NCBI GenBank assembly: GCA_002862785.1
Contig: PKDZ01000015.1
Location: 13,716 to 77,715, forward strand
DNA length: 64,000 nt
Reading direction: 5' to 3'
From: Flavobacteriales bacterium
GTDB taxonomy: Bacteria > Bacteroidota > Bacteroidia > Flavobacteriales_D > Sanyastnellaceae
Shown: positions 19,747-28,657 of the stretch, one piece after another
Layout of the letters: each line of letters opens with the position of its first letter
Numbering within the stretch: position 1 is the stretch's first letter
Notes under the pieces: model-generated
Database searches by the model: none
What the model was told of the DNA's origin: nothing
What the model saw: only the letters and a program-made list of their open reading frames with translations
Made by a program: the position numbers and the translations under genes

Positions 19747-20808
19747 TCAGGCCTGCCCGGCCGCCAGCTTGTTCTTGTTGGCCAATTGGCCACAGGCGGC
19801 ATCGATGTCTTCCCCGCGGGAGCGGCGGACGTTGACCACCATGTTGAACTTGTCCTCTAGGACGTCCTTGAAGTCATCCGTCTTCTGCGCGTCCGCCTTG
19901 CGGAAGAGCGCATCGTCAATGGGGTTGTACTCGATGAGGTTCACCTTGCACGGCACGCAGGAAGCGAAGCGCGCCAAATCCCGCGCGTCGTCGATGTCGT
20001 CGTTGAATCCGCCGAGCAGGATGTACTCGAAGGTGACGCGGGTCCCGGTCTTTTCATAGAAGTACACGAGCGCATCCCGCAGGCTGGCGAGGTCATTGGT
20101 CTCGTTGATCTCCATGATCCGGTTGCGCTTGCCGTCCTCAGCGGCGTGGAGGCTCAAGGCGAGGTTGAACTTGACTTCATCGTCGCCCAGCCTCCGGATC
20201 ATCTTGGCGATGCCGGCGGTAGAGACAGTGATGCGCTTCGGGCTCATGCCGAGGCCGGGCGTGCCGGTGATGCGGTCGACCGACTCCAGGACGTTGCGGT
20301 AATTCAGCAAGGGCTCCCCCATCCCCATGTAGACGATGTTGGTGAGCCGGTGGTCGTGGTGCTGCTCGGCGAGTCGGGCGATGTGGCGCACCTGATCGAC
20401 AATCTCCCCGGCAGTGAGGTTGCGGAGCAGCTTGAGCTTGCCGGTGGCGCAAAAAGCACACGACAGGCTGCAGCCCACTTGACTGCTGATGCAAGCGGTC
20501 ATCCGGTCTTTGGCCGGGATCAACACCCCTTCAACCACCTTGCCAGGCTCAATGGGGAAGGCGCATTTGACCGTGCCATCCCGGCTGACTTGCTCTTCCT
20601 CGGGCGCGATGGGCGCGAGGGTGAAGGCCTCAGACAGGGAATTCCTCAGCCCTTGAGGCAGGTTGGTCATGTCGTCAAAACCGGTCACCCCCTTCGTCCA
20701 GATCCATTCTGAAATCTGTTTGCTTCGGAAGGCGGGTTGCCCCAAATCGACGACAGCCGCCTTGAGGGCGGCATCGTCGAGGGTTCGGATGTCAGACTTG
20801 GTCGTCAT
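19747..20808 (-). CDS. rlmN: 23S rRNA/tRNA (adenine-C2)-methyltransferase, radical SAM
   Basis: Contains FRSKQISEWIW, the CxxxCxxC motif (CSLSCAFCATG) and C-terminal RRSRGEDIDAACGQL. Start at ATG 20808. Confidence 0.9.
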   Translation of the reverse strand: MTTKSDIRTLDDAALKAAVVDLGQPAFRSKQISEWIWTKGVTGFDDMTNLPQGLRNSLSEAFTLAPIAPEEEQVSRDGTVKCAFPIEPGKVVEGVLIPAKDRMTACISSQVGCSLSCAFCATGKLKLLRNLTAGEIVDQVRHIARLAEQHHDHRLTNIVYMGMGEPLLNYRNVLESVDRITGTPGLGMSPKRITVSTAGIAKMIRRLGDDEVKFNLALSLHAAEDGKRNRIMEINETNDLASLRDALVYFYEKTGTRVTFEYILLGGFNDDIDDARDLARFASCVPCKVNLIEYNPIDDALFRKADAQKTDDFKDVLEDKFNMVVNVRRSRGEDIDAACGQLANKNKLAAGQA

Positions 20809-20845
20809 TCCCCGGCGAAGGTACGCGGGGACGGCGGGGCCGCCT

Positions 20846-21607
20846 TCAGGCGACCGAGGCGTCAAGGCCGGCGCCATCCTCGGAGGAGAGCAGTTCGGCC
20901 ATCCGGCGTCGCAGGTCTTCCCGCTTGCGCACGGCGAGGGCAATCTCCTTGCCGTTCACGAGCGTGATGGAATTCGTGCGGTAGTTGCACTGGCGAATCT
21001 TGTTCAGGTGCACCAGCTGGCTATTGTGGACGCGGACAAACTTGGGATTGTCAATCAGGCTCTCCACATACTTCAGGTTCTTCGAGACCATGAGGCGGGT
21101 GCCATCGGTCTTGTAGATGCACGCATAGCTTCCGCTGGCCTCCACGTGGAGGATTTCGGAGTGGCGGATGAAGTGGCGTTGTCCGGAGGTCGTGATCTCG
21201 AGCTTCCGGTGGAAATCCCCGTTCTCGATCATTTTCACCCGGAAGTGCTCCCGGATGCGGTCGGCACAAGCCTTCAGGTCCACCGGATCAACGGGCTTCA
21301 GCAGATAGTCGAAGGCCTGACGGCGGATGGCGTCGATGGCATAATCCTGGTAGGTGGTGTAGAAGACCACATAGAACTCCCGGTCGTCAAATCGATCAAT
21401 GAGGTCGAGTCCGGTTTCGAAAGGCATTCGAATGTCCACGAAGACGATGTGGGGGCGACCATTGCGGATGGCGTCATACCCGATTCGGGCATTCGGGGCT
21501 TGGTCGATCACGCGGATGAACGGGCAGTGGCGTTCAATCTGGCTGTGTAGCACTTCGCGGGCTGGAGCTTCATCATCCACGATGATGGCATCGAGCTGAG
21601 CATTCAT
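20846..21607 (-). CDS. LytTR/AlgR-family response regulator (receiver + LytTR DNA-binding domain)
   Basis: Receiver domain (AIIVDDE...VFVDIRMP...LLKP). LytTR domain (ILHVEASGSYACIYKTDGTRLMVSKNLKYVE...FVRVHNSQLVHLNKI). Start is ATG 21607 or ATG 21631. Confidence 0.85.
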   Translation of the reverse strand: MNAQLDAIIVDDEAPAREVLHSQIERHCPFIRVIDQAPNARIGYDAIRNGRPHIVFVDIRMPFETGLDLIDRFDDREFYVVFYTTYQDYAIDAIRRQAFDYLLKPVDPVDLKACADRIREHFRVKMIENGDFHRKLEITTSGQRHFIRHSEILHVEASGSYACIYKTDGTRLMVSKNLKYVESLIDNPKFVRVHNSQLVHLNKIRQCNYRTNSITLVNGKEIALAVRKREDLRRRMAELLSSEDGAGLDASVA

Positions 21608-21733
21608 TGGCAAACGATTTGGTTGGAACATGTGAGAGGGGTTTCCCACAACGCTACAAAAATTGAATATACGCATTCGACGCGGTAAAATGCAAATTCG
21701 CAGACGATAGAAATGCGTTTGTATCTGTTTTTG

Positions 21734-22888
21734 TCAGCGTGAGCCGACCAGATCGAAGGCGAGGTCCAAGGTGTGGTAGACGTCTCCGTCGATGTGCCTG
21801 AGTTTGCCCTTCGGCCGATCGAAGCCCGTTCGGACCGCCACGAGATCCAGGTCCGGCACGGCGACGATGTATTGTCCATGCAGCCCTTGCATGCTCTTGA
21901 AGGCATGGCCGCAGTGCGTGCCCATCCAGACCTGGTACCCGTAATGTTGGATGTCGGTCCCATTGGGCAGGGCACCGACCGGGGTCATCAGCTCTTCCAT
22001 GAACGTGCGGTCGATGAGCTGGACGGAATCGACCCGCCCGGTGTCGAGGAGCAGTTGGCCGAGACGGGCATACTCCGTAGCCCGGGAGTAGAAGCAGCAG
22101 TAGTTCCGTTCGTGGCCCCGGTCGTCCACGGCCCAGGCGGCATCCTCTGCCGCACCGAGGGGCTGCCAGACCGTTTCTGCAAACCACGTCCCCAAAGGCA
22201 CATCGATGACGGAGAGCAGGATCTCTTGGAGGATTAGCGTGTTGCCCCCCTGGTACTTCCACGGCACCCCAGCCTCGCCGTCCACGTCGTAACAGGCGGT
22301 GCGCTCGAGGATGCCGCGGCCGTACGTGCTCCTCGCCATGAAGCCGACCGGATTGCGGTAGCTCTCGCCGAACGGAATGCCACTCCTCATCTGGAGGACC
22401 TGGCGGATGGTCAGGTCCGCACCGGGCCCCTCGCGAAAGCGGGGGAGATATCGAGAGACTGGGTCGTCCACGGACAGCAGGCCGCGGGTCACGGCGGTGC
22501 CGACCGCAAAGGCCGTGAAGGTCTTGGCCATGGAGAACGCATTGGTCCGCATGGTGTCCGCGCCGTCAATCTGGTCTGACGTCCAGTCGAGCAGAAGGGA
22601 GTCCCGGTGGACGACGGTCAAGGCGACCGTGCCGTGCGCCTCGGTCGAATCTCGGACACCGTCCGGAATGGAGGAGGCGAACCGGTCGTGCAGCGGCCAG
22701 GCCCGGGGGGCCTCGGAGGCGGGGATGGTCCGGAACGTCTTGAACGGCAGGTCATCCACCTTGGCATCCCGGTACCCGCGGAAGTAACATTCTCGGAGTC
22801 CCTGCCAGATGTGTCCGTTGTCGGTCCACTCGACGAGCAGGACCACGGCGACGGCTGAAAGCGACAGCCAAAGAATGGTGTTCTTCAT
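21734..22888 (-). CDS. Serine hydrolase, beta-lactamase/penicillin-binding-protein (class C-like) family
   Basis: N-terminal membrane anchor or signal (MKNTILWLSLSAVAVVLLV). SxxK motif in FSMAKTFTAFAVG. Overall length fits the AmpC-like fold. Confidence 0.75.
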   Translation of the reverse strand: MKNTILWLSLSAVAVVLLVEWTDNGHIWQGLRECYFRGYRDAKVDDLPFKTFRTIPASEAPRAWPLHDRFASSIPDGVRDSTEAHGTVALTVVHRDSLLLDWTSDQIDGADTMRTNAFSMAKTFTAFAVGTAVTRGLLSVDDPVSRYLPRFREGPGADLTIRQVLQMRSGIPFGESYRNPVGFMARSTYGRGILERTACYDVDGEAGVPWKYQGGNTLILQEILLSVIDVPLGTWFAETVWQPLGAAEDAAWAVDDRGHERNYCCFYSRATEYARLGQLLLDTGRVDSVQLIDRTFMEELMTPVGALPNGTDIQHYGYQVWMGTHCGHAFKSMQGLHGQYIVAVPDLDLVAVRTGFDRPKGKLRHIDGDVYHTLDLAFDLVGSR

Positions 22889-22898
22889 CGGAAAGGGG

Positions 22899-23633
22899 TC
22901 AACGCGAACCCCCAAGTACGGTCAAGAGATGGGATTCCAAGGCATCCCGGACGTCTTCCCGCACGACCTCCCGGGCGCTTTCCCTGCTGAGACTCGTCAC
23001 CCCCCGGTCGGCGATGCCACAGGGGACGATGAGGTTGAAGAAGTCGAGGTCCGTGTCGAGGTTGAAGGCGAGGCCGTGCATGGTCACCCACCGGCTGCAC
23101 TTGACTCCGATCGCGCAGATCTTCCGGGCCGCGAGTCCGGCCTCTGGATTCACCCAGACCCCGGTGAGGCCCTCCACACGGCCGGCTTGGACCCCCCAGT
23201 CTGCGCAGGTGCGGATGACAGCCTCCTCCAGTTGACGCAGGTACCACCCGATGTCGGTCCGGAATTGGTCGAGGTCGAGAATGGGGTAGGCCACGAGCTG
23301 ACCGGGTCCATGGTACGTGATGTCGCCACCGCGGTTGATTTCGTGGTATTCGACCCCCAGTTGGGCCAACCGTTCGGGGGAGGCGACGACATGGTTGGCA
23401 TCGCCGCTTTTGCCGAGGGTCAGGACGTGGGGGTGCTCCACGAAAAGCAGATGGTGTTCGGGCCAGGGATAGTCTGCGGGGTCGTCGCCCTCGGTCCGAC
23501 CCGTCTCCGGCAGACCGGCACGGCGCCGTTTGATTTTCCGGTCCACCGCCTTTTTCAGCAGGGTTTCCTGAAGGTCCCAGGTGGGCTTGTAGTCCGCGCG
23601 GCCCAGGTCGCGCACTTGCACCTTGGGCGTCAT
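22899..23633 (-). CDS. lipB: Lipoyl(octanoyl) transferase
   Basis: Contains EHPHVLTLG, NRGGDITYHGPGQLVAYPILDL, KICAIGVK...TMHGLAFN and PCGI. The ATG overlaps the upstream stop (ATGA). Confidence 0.9.
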   Translation of the reverse strand: MTPKVQVRDLGRADYKPTWDLQETLLKKAVDRKIKRRRAGLPETGRTEGDDPADYPWPEHHLLFVEHPHVLTLGKSGDANHVVASPERLAQLGVEYHEINRGGDITYHGPGQLVAYPILDLDQFRTDIGWYLRQLEEAVIRTCADWGVQAGRVEGLTGVWVNPEAGLAARKICAIGVKCSRWVTMHGLAFNLDTDLDFFNLIVPCGIADRGVTSLSRESAREVVREDVRDALESHLLTVLGGSR

Positions 23634-24625
23634 GCCATCTTGGACAATTCCCCCTTGAGGTAATCGATGTGGCGGATGTCCACCGGGTCCGCGCCACTTT
23701 TTTCGGCCATGAGCAGGGACAGCCAATCGCCCAGGTGGACGAGGTGCATCCACCGCTGCAGCCGGGTCGTTCCTGCAGCGGACACCTCTTCCACGGTGGC
23801 GCCTGCGTCTCGGAAGAGGTCCTTGCAGAGATGCATGCGCTTCGCGGTCCGGGGATGATCCTCCGGTGTGTTGAGGAACAAAGCGCCGATGGTCGCATCT
23901 CCACTTTCCCACCCGACCAGCTCGTTGTGGTTCATCTCCGGGAAGACGTGGTGATTGCAGAGGCGCTTGGCGTTCTCGTTGAGTTGCTGGCGCCAGCGGA
24001 TGAGCACCGGCTCAAGGGCGGCGTCTCCGTAGAGCATGGGGGACTTGTCGGCGAGCAAATCAGCCCAATGGCTGGCGAGGGTTTGGATGGGCGAGGATTC
24101 CGTACGGAGAAGATTGGCGGAGGCGACGACATCGGCGAGGACATCGGGGGCATCGGCTGGCGCATGGCCGAGGGCGGCGAAATGGTGGAGCAGCCCGGTG
24201 ACGGCCCAGCCGAACTGGGAGCGGGGCGGATGGCCGCCCGGCACCGTCAGGCAGGGCCAGCCATGTTCTTCGGCCAAGGCGCCCAGCTTTCCGCCCGAAG
24301 TGAGGGCGCGGATTTGGGCTCCAGCGTCCTGCGCCTTCGCGAGGGCGGTGAGGGTTTCCTCGGTGTTGCCGCTGTAGCTGCAGGCGATGACGAGGGTGGT
24401 CGGCCCAACCCACTTGGGGATGCGGTAGTCGTGCCCACTGGCCACCGGAACGGAGGCTGAATCCGCCAGCAGCCCCGACAGGAAGCGGCCGCCGATGCCC
24501 GACCCCCCCATTCCCAGAACGAGGATTCGATCGTGGTCTGGTGCGCCCTCCGGGAGGGGTTGGGAGGCCATGGACGCCGCCGCGGCGGTCAGTTGATCGG
24601 GGAAGGAGGCGATGAGGTCGCGCAT
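23630..24625 (-). CDS. SIS-domain bifunctional phosphoglucose/phosphomannose isomerase-like protein
   Basis: 331 aa from ATG 24625. Contains ILVLGMGGSGIGG...LVIACSYSGNTEET, a SIS signature. The upstream 5' extension of the 957-aa track ORF is antisense to lysS and was rejected. Confidence 0.75.
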   Translation of the reverse strand: MRDLIASFPDQLTAAAASMASQPLPEGAPDHDRILVLGMGGSGIGGRFLSGLLADSASVPVASGHDYRIPKWVGPTTLVIACSYSGNTEETLTALAKAQDAGAQIRALTSGGKLGALAEEHGWPCLTVPGGHPPRSQFGWAVTGLLHHFAALGHAPADAPDVLADVVASANLLRTESSPIQTLASHWADLLADKSPMLYGDAALEPVLIRWRQQLNENAKRLCNHHVFPEMNHNELVGWESGDATIGALFLNTPEDHPRTAKRMHLCKDLFRDAGATVEEVSAAGTTRLQRWMHLVHLGDWLSLLMAEKSGADPVDIRHIDYLKGELSKMA

Positions 24626-24676
24626 GGTCTGAGGAGTCTCCACGAATTTACAGCGGGGCCGACGGCCGGGGAAGCC

Positions 24677-24684
24677 TAATTTTG
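24677..24684 (+). promoter_or_regulatory. Candidate Bacteroidota -7 promoter element (TAATTTTG) upstream of lysS
   Basis: Exact TAnnTTTG match ending 28 nt upstream of the lysS ATG at 24713, in the divergent intergenic region. Confidence 0.45.
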
Positions 24685-24712
24685 CGGAGGTTTCCGCCGC
24701 AACCGATTCACC

Positions 24713-26416
24713 ATGATCCGACCCGAACAGGAACGCGTCCGTCTCGAGAGCCTGGCTCAACTGCGCCAGCTGGGCATTGACCCGTATCCGGCCGCAGCCT
24801 ACCCCGTGGACACCCACGCGGGCCCCTTGTCCGCCGCCTTCGAAGCCGACCGAGAGGTCTGCCTCGCCGGCCGCATCCTCTCCCGCCGCATCATGGGCAA
24901 GGCCTCCTTTGCTGAGCTTCAGGACGCAACCGGGAAGATCCAGATCTACCTCAACCGAGATGAGCTCTGTCCCGACGAGGACAAGACGATGTACAACACC
25001 GTCTTCAAGAAGCTCCTCGACCGCGGCGACATCGTCGGGGTGAAGGGCACCACGTTCATGACCCAGACTGGTGAGCCGAGCGTCCTGGTCAAGGAGCTCA
25101 CCGTCCTCAGCAAGTCCATTCGCCCGCTGCCTTCCGTCAAGACCGACGAGGACGGGCAGGTGCACGATGCGTTCACGGACCCCGAGCTCCGCTACCGGAT
25201 GCGGTATGTCGATCTGGTCGTCAACCCCGAGGTCAAGCGCACCTTCGAGGCCCGAAGCCGGGTGATTCAAGCTATGCGCGACGCCTTCACTGAAAAGGGG
25301 TGGCTCGAAGTGGACACCCCGGTGCTGCAGGCCATTCCCGGTGGCGCGGCAGCGCGCCCGTTCATCACCCACCACAACGCGCTGGACATCCCCCTCTACC
25401 TGCGGATTGCCAACGAGCTCTATTTGAAGCGGCTCATCGTGGGCGGTTTTGACGGCGTTTTTGAATTCTCCCGCAACTTCCGCAACGAGGGCATGGACCG
25501 GACACACAATCCGGAGTTCACCGTTCTCGAGCTGTACGTGGCCTACCAGGACTACCATTGGATGATGGAGACCATCGAGCAACTGCTCGAACGCGTTTGC
25601 CAGGCCGTCCATGGAACGAACACCGCCACGCTGGAGGGCAACACCATCGACTTCGCGCCGCCTTACCGCCGGCTGTCGATGCGCGATGCCATCCTCGAGC
25701 AAGCCGGCGTCGACATCGACGGCATGGACGAAGCCGCCCTGCGCGGGGCCTGCACCTCCCTCGGCATCGAGGTGGACGACAGCATGGGCAAGGGCAAGCT
25801 GATTGACGAGATCTTCGGCGAGCAGTGCGAGCACCACCTCGTGCAACCCACGTTCATCACGGACTATCCCGTGGAGATGTCGCCCCTCACCAAGGCCCAC
25901 CGGGACAAGCCCGGCTACACGGAACGGTTCGAACTGTTCATCAACGGAACGGAGGTGGCCAACGCCTATTCGGAGCTCAACGATCCCATCGACCAGCGCG
26001 AGCGCTTCGAAGACCAGCTCAAGCTCGGCGAGCGCGGGGACGACGAGGCGATGTTCATCGACCAAGACTTCCTGCGGGCCTTGGAATATGGCATGCCGCC
26101 GACCAGCGGCGTCGGCATCGGGGTGGACCGCTTGGTGATGATGCTGACCGACCAGCGCTCCATCCAGGAGGTGCTCTTCTTCCCGCAGATGCGGCCGGAG
26201 GTCTTCCGCGCCGGGCCCGACCTCGGCGCTTTGGAGGCCTTGGGCATTCCCGCCGATTGGGCGCCCCACGTAGCCGCTGCTGGGTTCGACACCCCCGACG
26301 CCATCCGCGAGGCCAAGCCGGCAGCCCTGCGCGAGAAGCTCAACGGCTTTCGCAAGAAGAACAAGCTCGACCTGCCCGCCCTGCAGCTCGAGGAGGTCGA
26401 AAGTTGGTCCGCATGA
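24713..26416 (+). CDS. lysS: Lysine--tRNA ligase (class II) with a C-terminal extension
   Basis: OB-fold N-domain and class II motifs (FRNEG..., ELNDPIDQR, GMPPTSGVGIGVDRLVMMLT). About 70 extra C-terminal residues. Confidence 0.95.
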   Translation: MIRPEQERVRLESLAQLRQLGIDPYPAAAYPVDTHAGPLSAAFEADREVCLAGRILSRRIMGKASFAELQDATGKIQIYLNRDELCPDEDKTMYNTVFKKLLDRGDIVGVKGTTFMTQTGEPSVLVKELTVLSKSIRPLPSVKTDEDGQVHDAFTDPELRYRMRYVDLVVNPEVKRTFEARSRVIQAMRDAFTEKGWLEVDTPVLQAIPGGAAARPFITHHNALDIPLYLRIANELYLKRLIVGGFDGVFEFSRNFRNEGMDRTHNPEFTVLELYVAYQDYHWMMETIEQLLERVCQAVHGTNTATLEGNTIDFAPPYRRLSMRDAILEQAGVDIDGMDEAALRGACTSLGIEVDDSMGKGKLIDEIFGEQCEHHLVQPTFITDYPVEMSPLTKAHRDKPGYTERFELFINGTEVANAYSELNDPIDQRERFEDQLKLGERGDDEAMFIDQDFLRALEYGMPPTSGVGIGVDRLVMMLTDQRSIQEVLFFPQMRPEVFRAGPDLGALEALGIPADWAPHVAAAGFDTPDAIREAKPAALREKLNGFRKKNKLDLPALQLEEVESWSA

Positions 26417-27252
26417 AGGGGCTCGCTTCCTTCTGCCTTTTGATGCTCGCCGTGTCAGCCGCGATGCTGACCATCCCGTCCTGCACGACTCCCCCATCGC
26501 CAAACGCGTCCACCGAGGCCGCGGCGACGGACAGTGCGACGGTCATCCTGTCCAAGTATTACTCAAGCCGAAACTATCGGAACTGGTTGGGCCGCCTCAA
26601 CGACAGCCTCGGCGGTCCCCCGATTCGCTTCGTTCAGGCCTATGGGATGGAGTCACTCGCCTTGGAATCCGAAATCGCCCAGGCGGAGGCCATCGTCCTA
26701 ACCGGCGGGGAGGACATCCACCCGGGCCGTTACGGCCAGCCGGATGACACGGTTCGGTGCGGTCGCATCGACGTCGAACGGGACCGGGTGGAGCACCAGC
26801 TCCTGGATGCGGTGCGGGCACAAGGCCTGCCCTGTCTCGGAGTGTGCCGGGGCCTTCAGGTCATGAACGTCCATGGCGGCGGCACCTTGCATCCCCACTT
26901 GCCGGATGCCGGCCATGAGGGCCACCGGGGCGGCCAACCCGGAGACACCCGGGACACGCTCCATCCCGTCGAGGTTAGTTTGCCGTGGGCTTCAGGGTCA
27001 GTTTCCTGGACCCTCACGGAGTCGGCTTTGGTGGTGAGCCACCATCACCAGGGCATCGCGGAACTCGCCGAGGGCTTCGAACCGTGGGCCGTGGCACCCG
27101 ATGGGCTGGTAGAAGGCATCCGGTGGACCGATACGGCCTCGGTGTCCTACCTCGTCGGGGTGCAGTACCACCCCGAGCGGTCCCGGAAGGGCCTGCTCCT
27201 GACGGACGGACTGGGGGTGGGCCTGTTGCAGGCGGCCAGCAAGGGCGACTGA
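26413..27252 (+). CDS. Class I glutamine amidotransferase / peptidase C26 (gamma-glutamyl hydrolase-like), probable lipoprotein
   Basis: Signal/lipobox-like MKGLASFCLLMLAVSAAMLTIPSC. Catalytic GVCRGLQVMN and VGVQYHPE motifs. The ATG overlaps the lysS stop (ATGA). Confidence 0.8.
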   Translation: MKGLASFCLLMLAVSAAMLTIPSCTTPPSPNASTEAAATDSATVILSKYYSSRNYRNWLGRLNDSLGGPPIRFVQAYGMESLALESEIAQAEAIVLTGGEDIHPGRYGQPDDTVRCGRIDVERDRVEHQLLDAVRAQGLPCLGVCRGLQVMNVHGGGTLHPHLPDAGHEGHRGGQPGDTRDTLHPVEVSLPWASGSVSWTLTESALVVSHHHQGIAELAEGFEPWAVAPDGLVEGIRWTDTASVSYLVGVQYHPERSRKGLLLTDGLGVGLLQAASKGD

Positions 27253-27262
27253 GCGCACCCAA

Positions 27263-28546
27263 TCAAGGGGACTGGGCCGCCATCTGGACCTCTGACCGGC
27301 CATCGAAGCGGGCCATCTCTTCCCTCCACGAAGTCACCGCTTCCGCGAAGCGATTCTCGTGGTCCGATTCAATCGGCGTCGACGGGGGGAACTCCTCCCT
27401 CAGGTGGTCGACTTGTTGCCCATTCTTCCAGAAACGGAAACAGACGTGGGGCCCGGTCGCCAGCCCCGTGCTTCCGACGTAGCCGATGACGTCCCCCTGT
27501 CGGACGGCCTGTCCCTCCTTGACATTGCGTCGGCTCATGTGCAGGTACTGCGTCGTGTAGGTCCCGTTGTGCCGAATTTTCACGTATTTCCCGTTGCCCT
27601 TGGTGTAACTGGCCTTGATGACCACGCCATCTCCGACGGCGACGATGGGGGTCCCGTGCGGTGCGGCATAGTCGGTCCCGAGGTGGGCCTTGACTTTTTT
27701 GAGCACGGGGTGAAACCGCTTTTTGTCGAACCGGCTCGAGATGCGGCTGAATTCGACCGGCGCCTTAAGGAAGGCTTTCCGCAGACTGGCTCCGGTCTCG
27801 TCGAAATGGTCGGTGCCGTCCCCTTGATCATAGGCATAGGCGGGGAAGTTTCGGCCGCGGTGCACGAACTCGGCGGCCAGCACGCGCGGCATGCCTACGG
27901 CCTTCCCGTCCACCCAGTCTCGGTCGTAGAGAATGCGGAACCGATCGCCGGCTTGGATTCGGCTGAAGTCAATGGTCCAGGCGTAGACCTGGGACATGGC
28001 CAGGGCCAAGGTGGTGGAGTGGCCTTCGTCCTCGAGGACTTGGTATAGGCTGCCACGCACTTCCCCCTCGACATAGCCCCGCCTGGTTTCGGATGGGAAT
28101 TCTCCCCGACGGGCTCCCCCGCCTTCGCGCAGGTCAAACACCACGTATTCCTTGGAGTTGATGGTGTAGGTGAAATGCCTGGGTGAGCCGTCCGGCCCCG
28201 AAAAGAGGGACCAGTCGTTGCCCGCCTTCATTCGCCGGACATCGAACACACCGCGCTCCTCGGTGGCCATGGCGTGGAGCAATTGCGCGCTCACTCCGGC
28301 CGGCGACAGCAAGTGGGACAGGCTCTGTCCGCTTCGTACAGTTCCGGCCTCGACACGCAGGGCCACGGTGTCTTCGATGGCGAACCGCAGGGCCTCCGTT
28401 TCATCCGGCGTCAGCGCGGGGGAGGCGGGTGCCGTGCCTTGTCCGGTCGAAGAGGCGAGGACGTTGACCTCCCGGTCCGGCCCACCACAGCTCACCAAGC
28501 CCAGAATGAGCAAGACGGGGAAGAGGGGGATGAGGACGGTGCGCAT
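27263..28546 (-). CDS. M23-family metallopeptidase (lipoprotein)
   Basis: Lipoprotein signal MRTVLIPLFPVLLILGLVSCGG. M23 motifs: HLGTDYAAPHGTPIVAVGDG...YLHMS...GYVGSTGLATGPHVCFRF. Confidence 0.85.
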   Translation of the reverse strand: MRTVLIPLFPVLLILGLVSCGGPDREVNVLASSTGQGTAPASPALTPDETEALRFAIEDTVALRVEAGTVRSGQSLSHLLSPAGVSAQLLHAMATEERGVFDVRRMKAGNDWSLFSGPDGSPRHFTYTINSKEYVVFDLREGGGARRGEFPSETRRGYVEGEVRGSLYQVLEDEGHSTTLALAMSQVYAWTIDFSRIQAGDRFRILYDRDWVDGKAVGMPRVLAAEFVHRGRNFPAYAYDQGDGTDHFDETGASLRKAFLKAPVEFSRISSRFDKKRFHPVLKKVKAHLGTDYAAPHGTPIVAVGDGVVIKASYTKGNGKYVKIRHNGTYTTQYLHMSRRNVKEGQAVRQGDVIGYVGSTGLATGPHVCFRFWKNGQQVDHLREEFPPSTPIESDHENRFAEAVTSWREEMARFDGRSEVQMAAQSP

Positions 28547-28657
28547 GGAGGTCGTGAACCGGCAAGTTGCCGTCATTCACGGGAGCAACGGGCCGCCACT
28601 CCAAAAGTTTTGCCGGCGTCGACTTTTAACGCTTCCGGGGCCGATTCCGCCTGCGGA

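Noticed and set aside
26200-26416. The roughly 70-residue C-terminal extension of LysRS as a novelty.
   Set aside because: As far as I recall, Bacteroidota LysRS proteins are generally 560-580 aa with such an extension, so it is probably lineage-typical. An alignment is needed to confirm.
24626-26503. The N-terminal 626 residues of the 957-aa minus-strand ORF 23630-26503.
   Set aside because: - Only the last 331 codons (from ATG 24625) look like a SIS-domain isomerase.
- The rest is antisense to lysS and compositionally artefactual.
- The same logic trimmed other 5'-extended track ORFs: rsmI, rlmN, lipB, pepP, DUF3108, RidA, nadD, the C26 hydrolase, the nucleotidyltransferase and the NIDO cargo.
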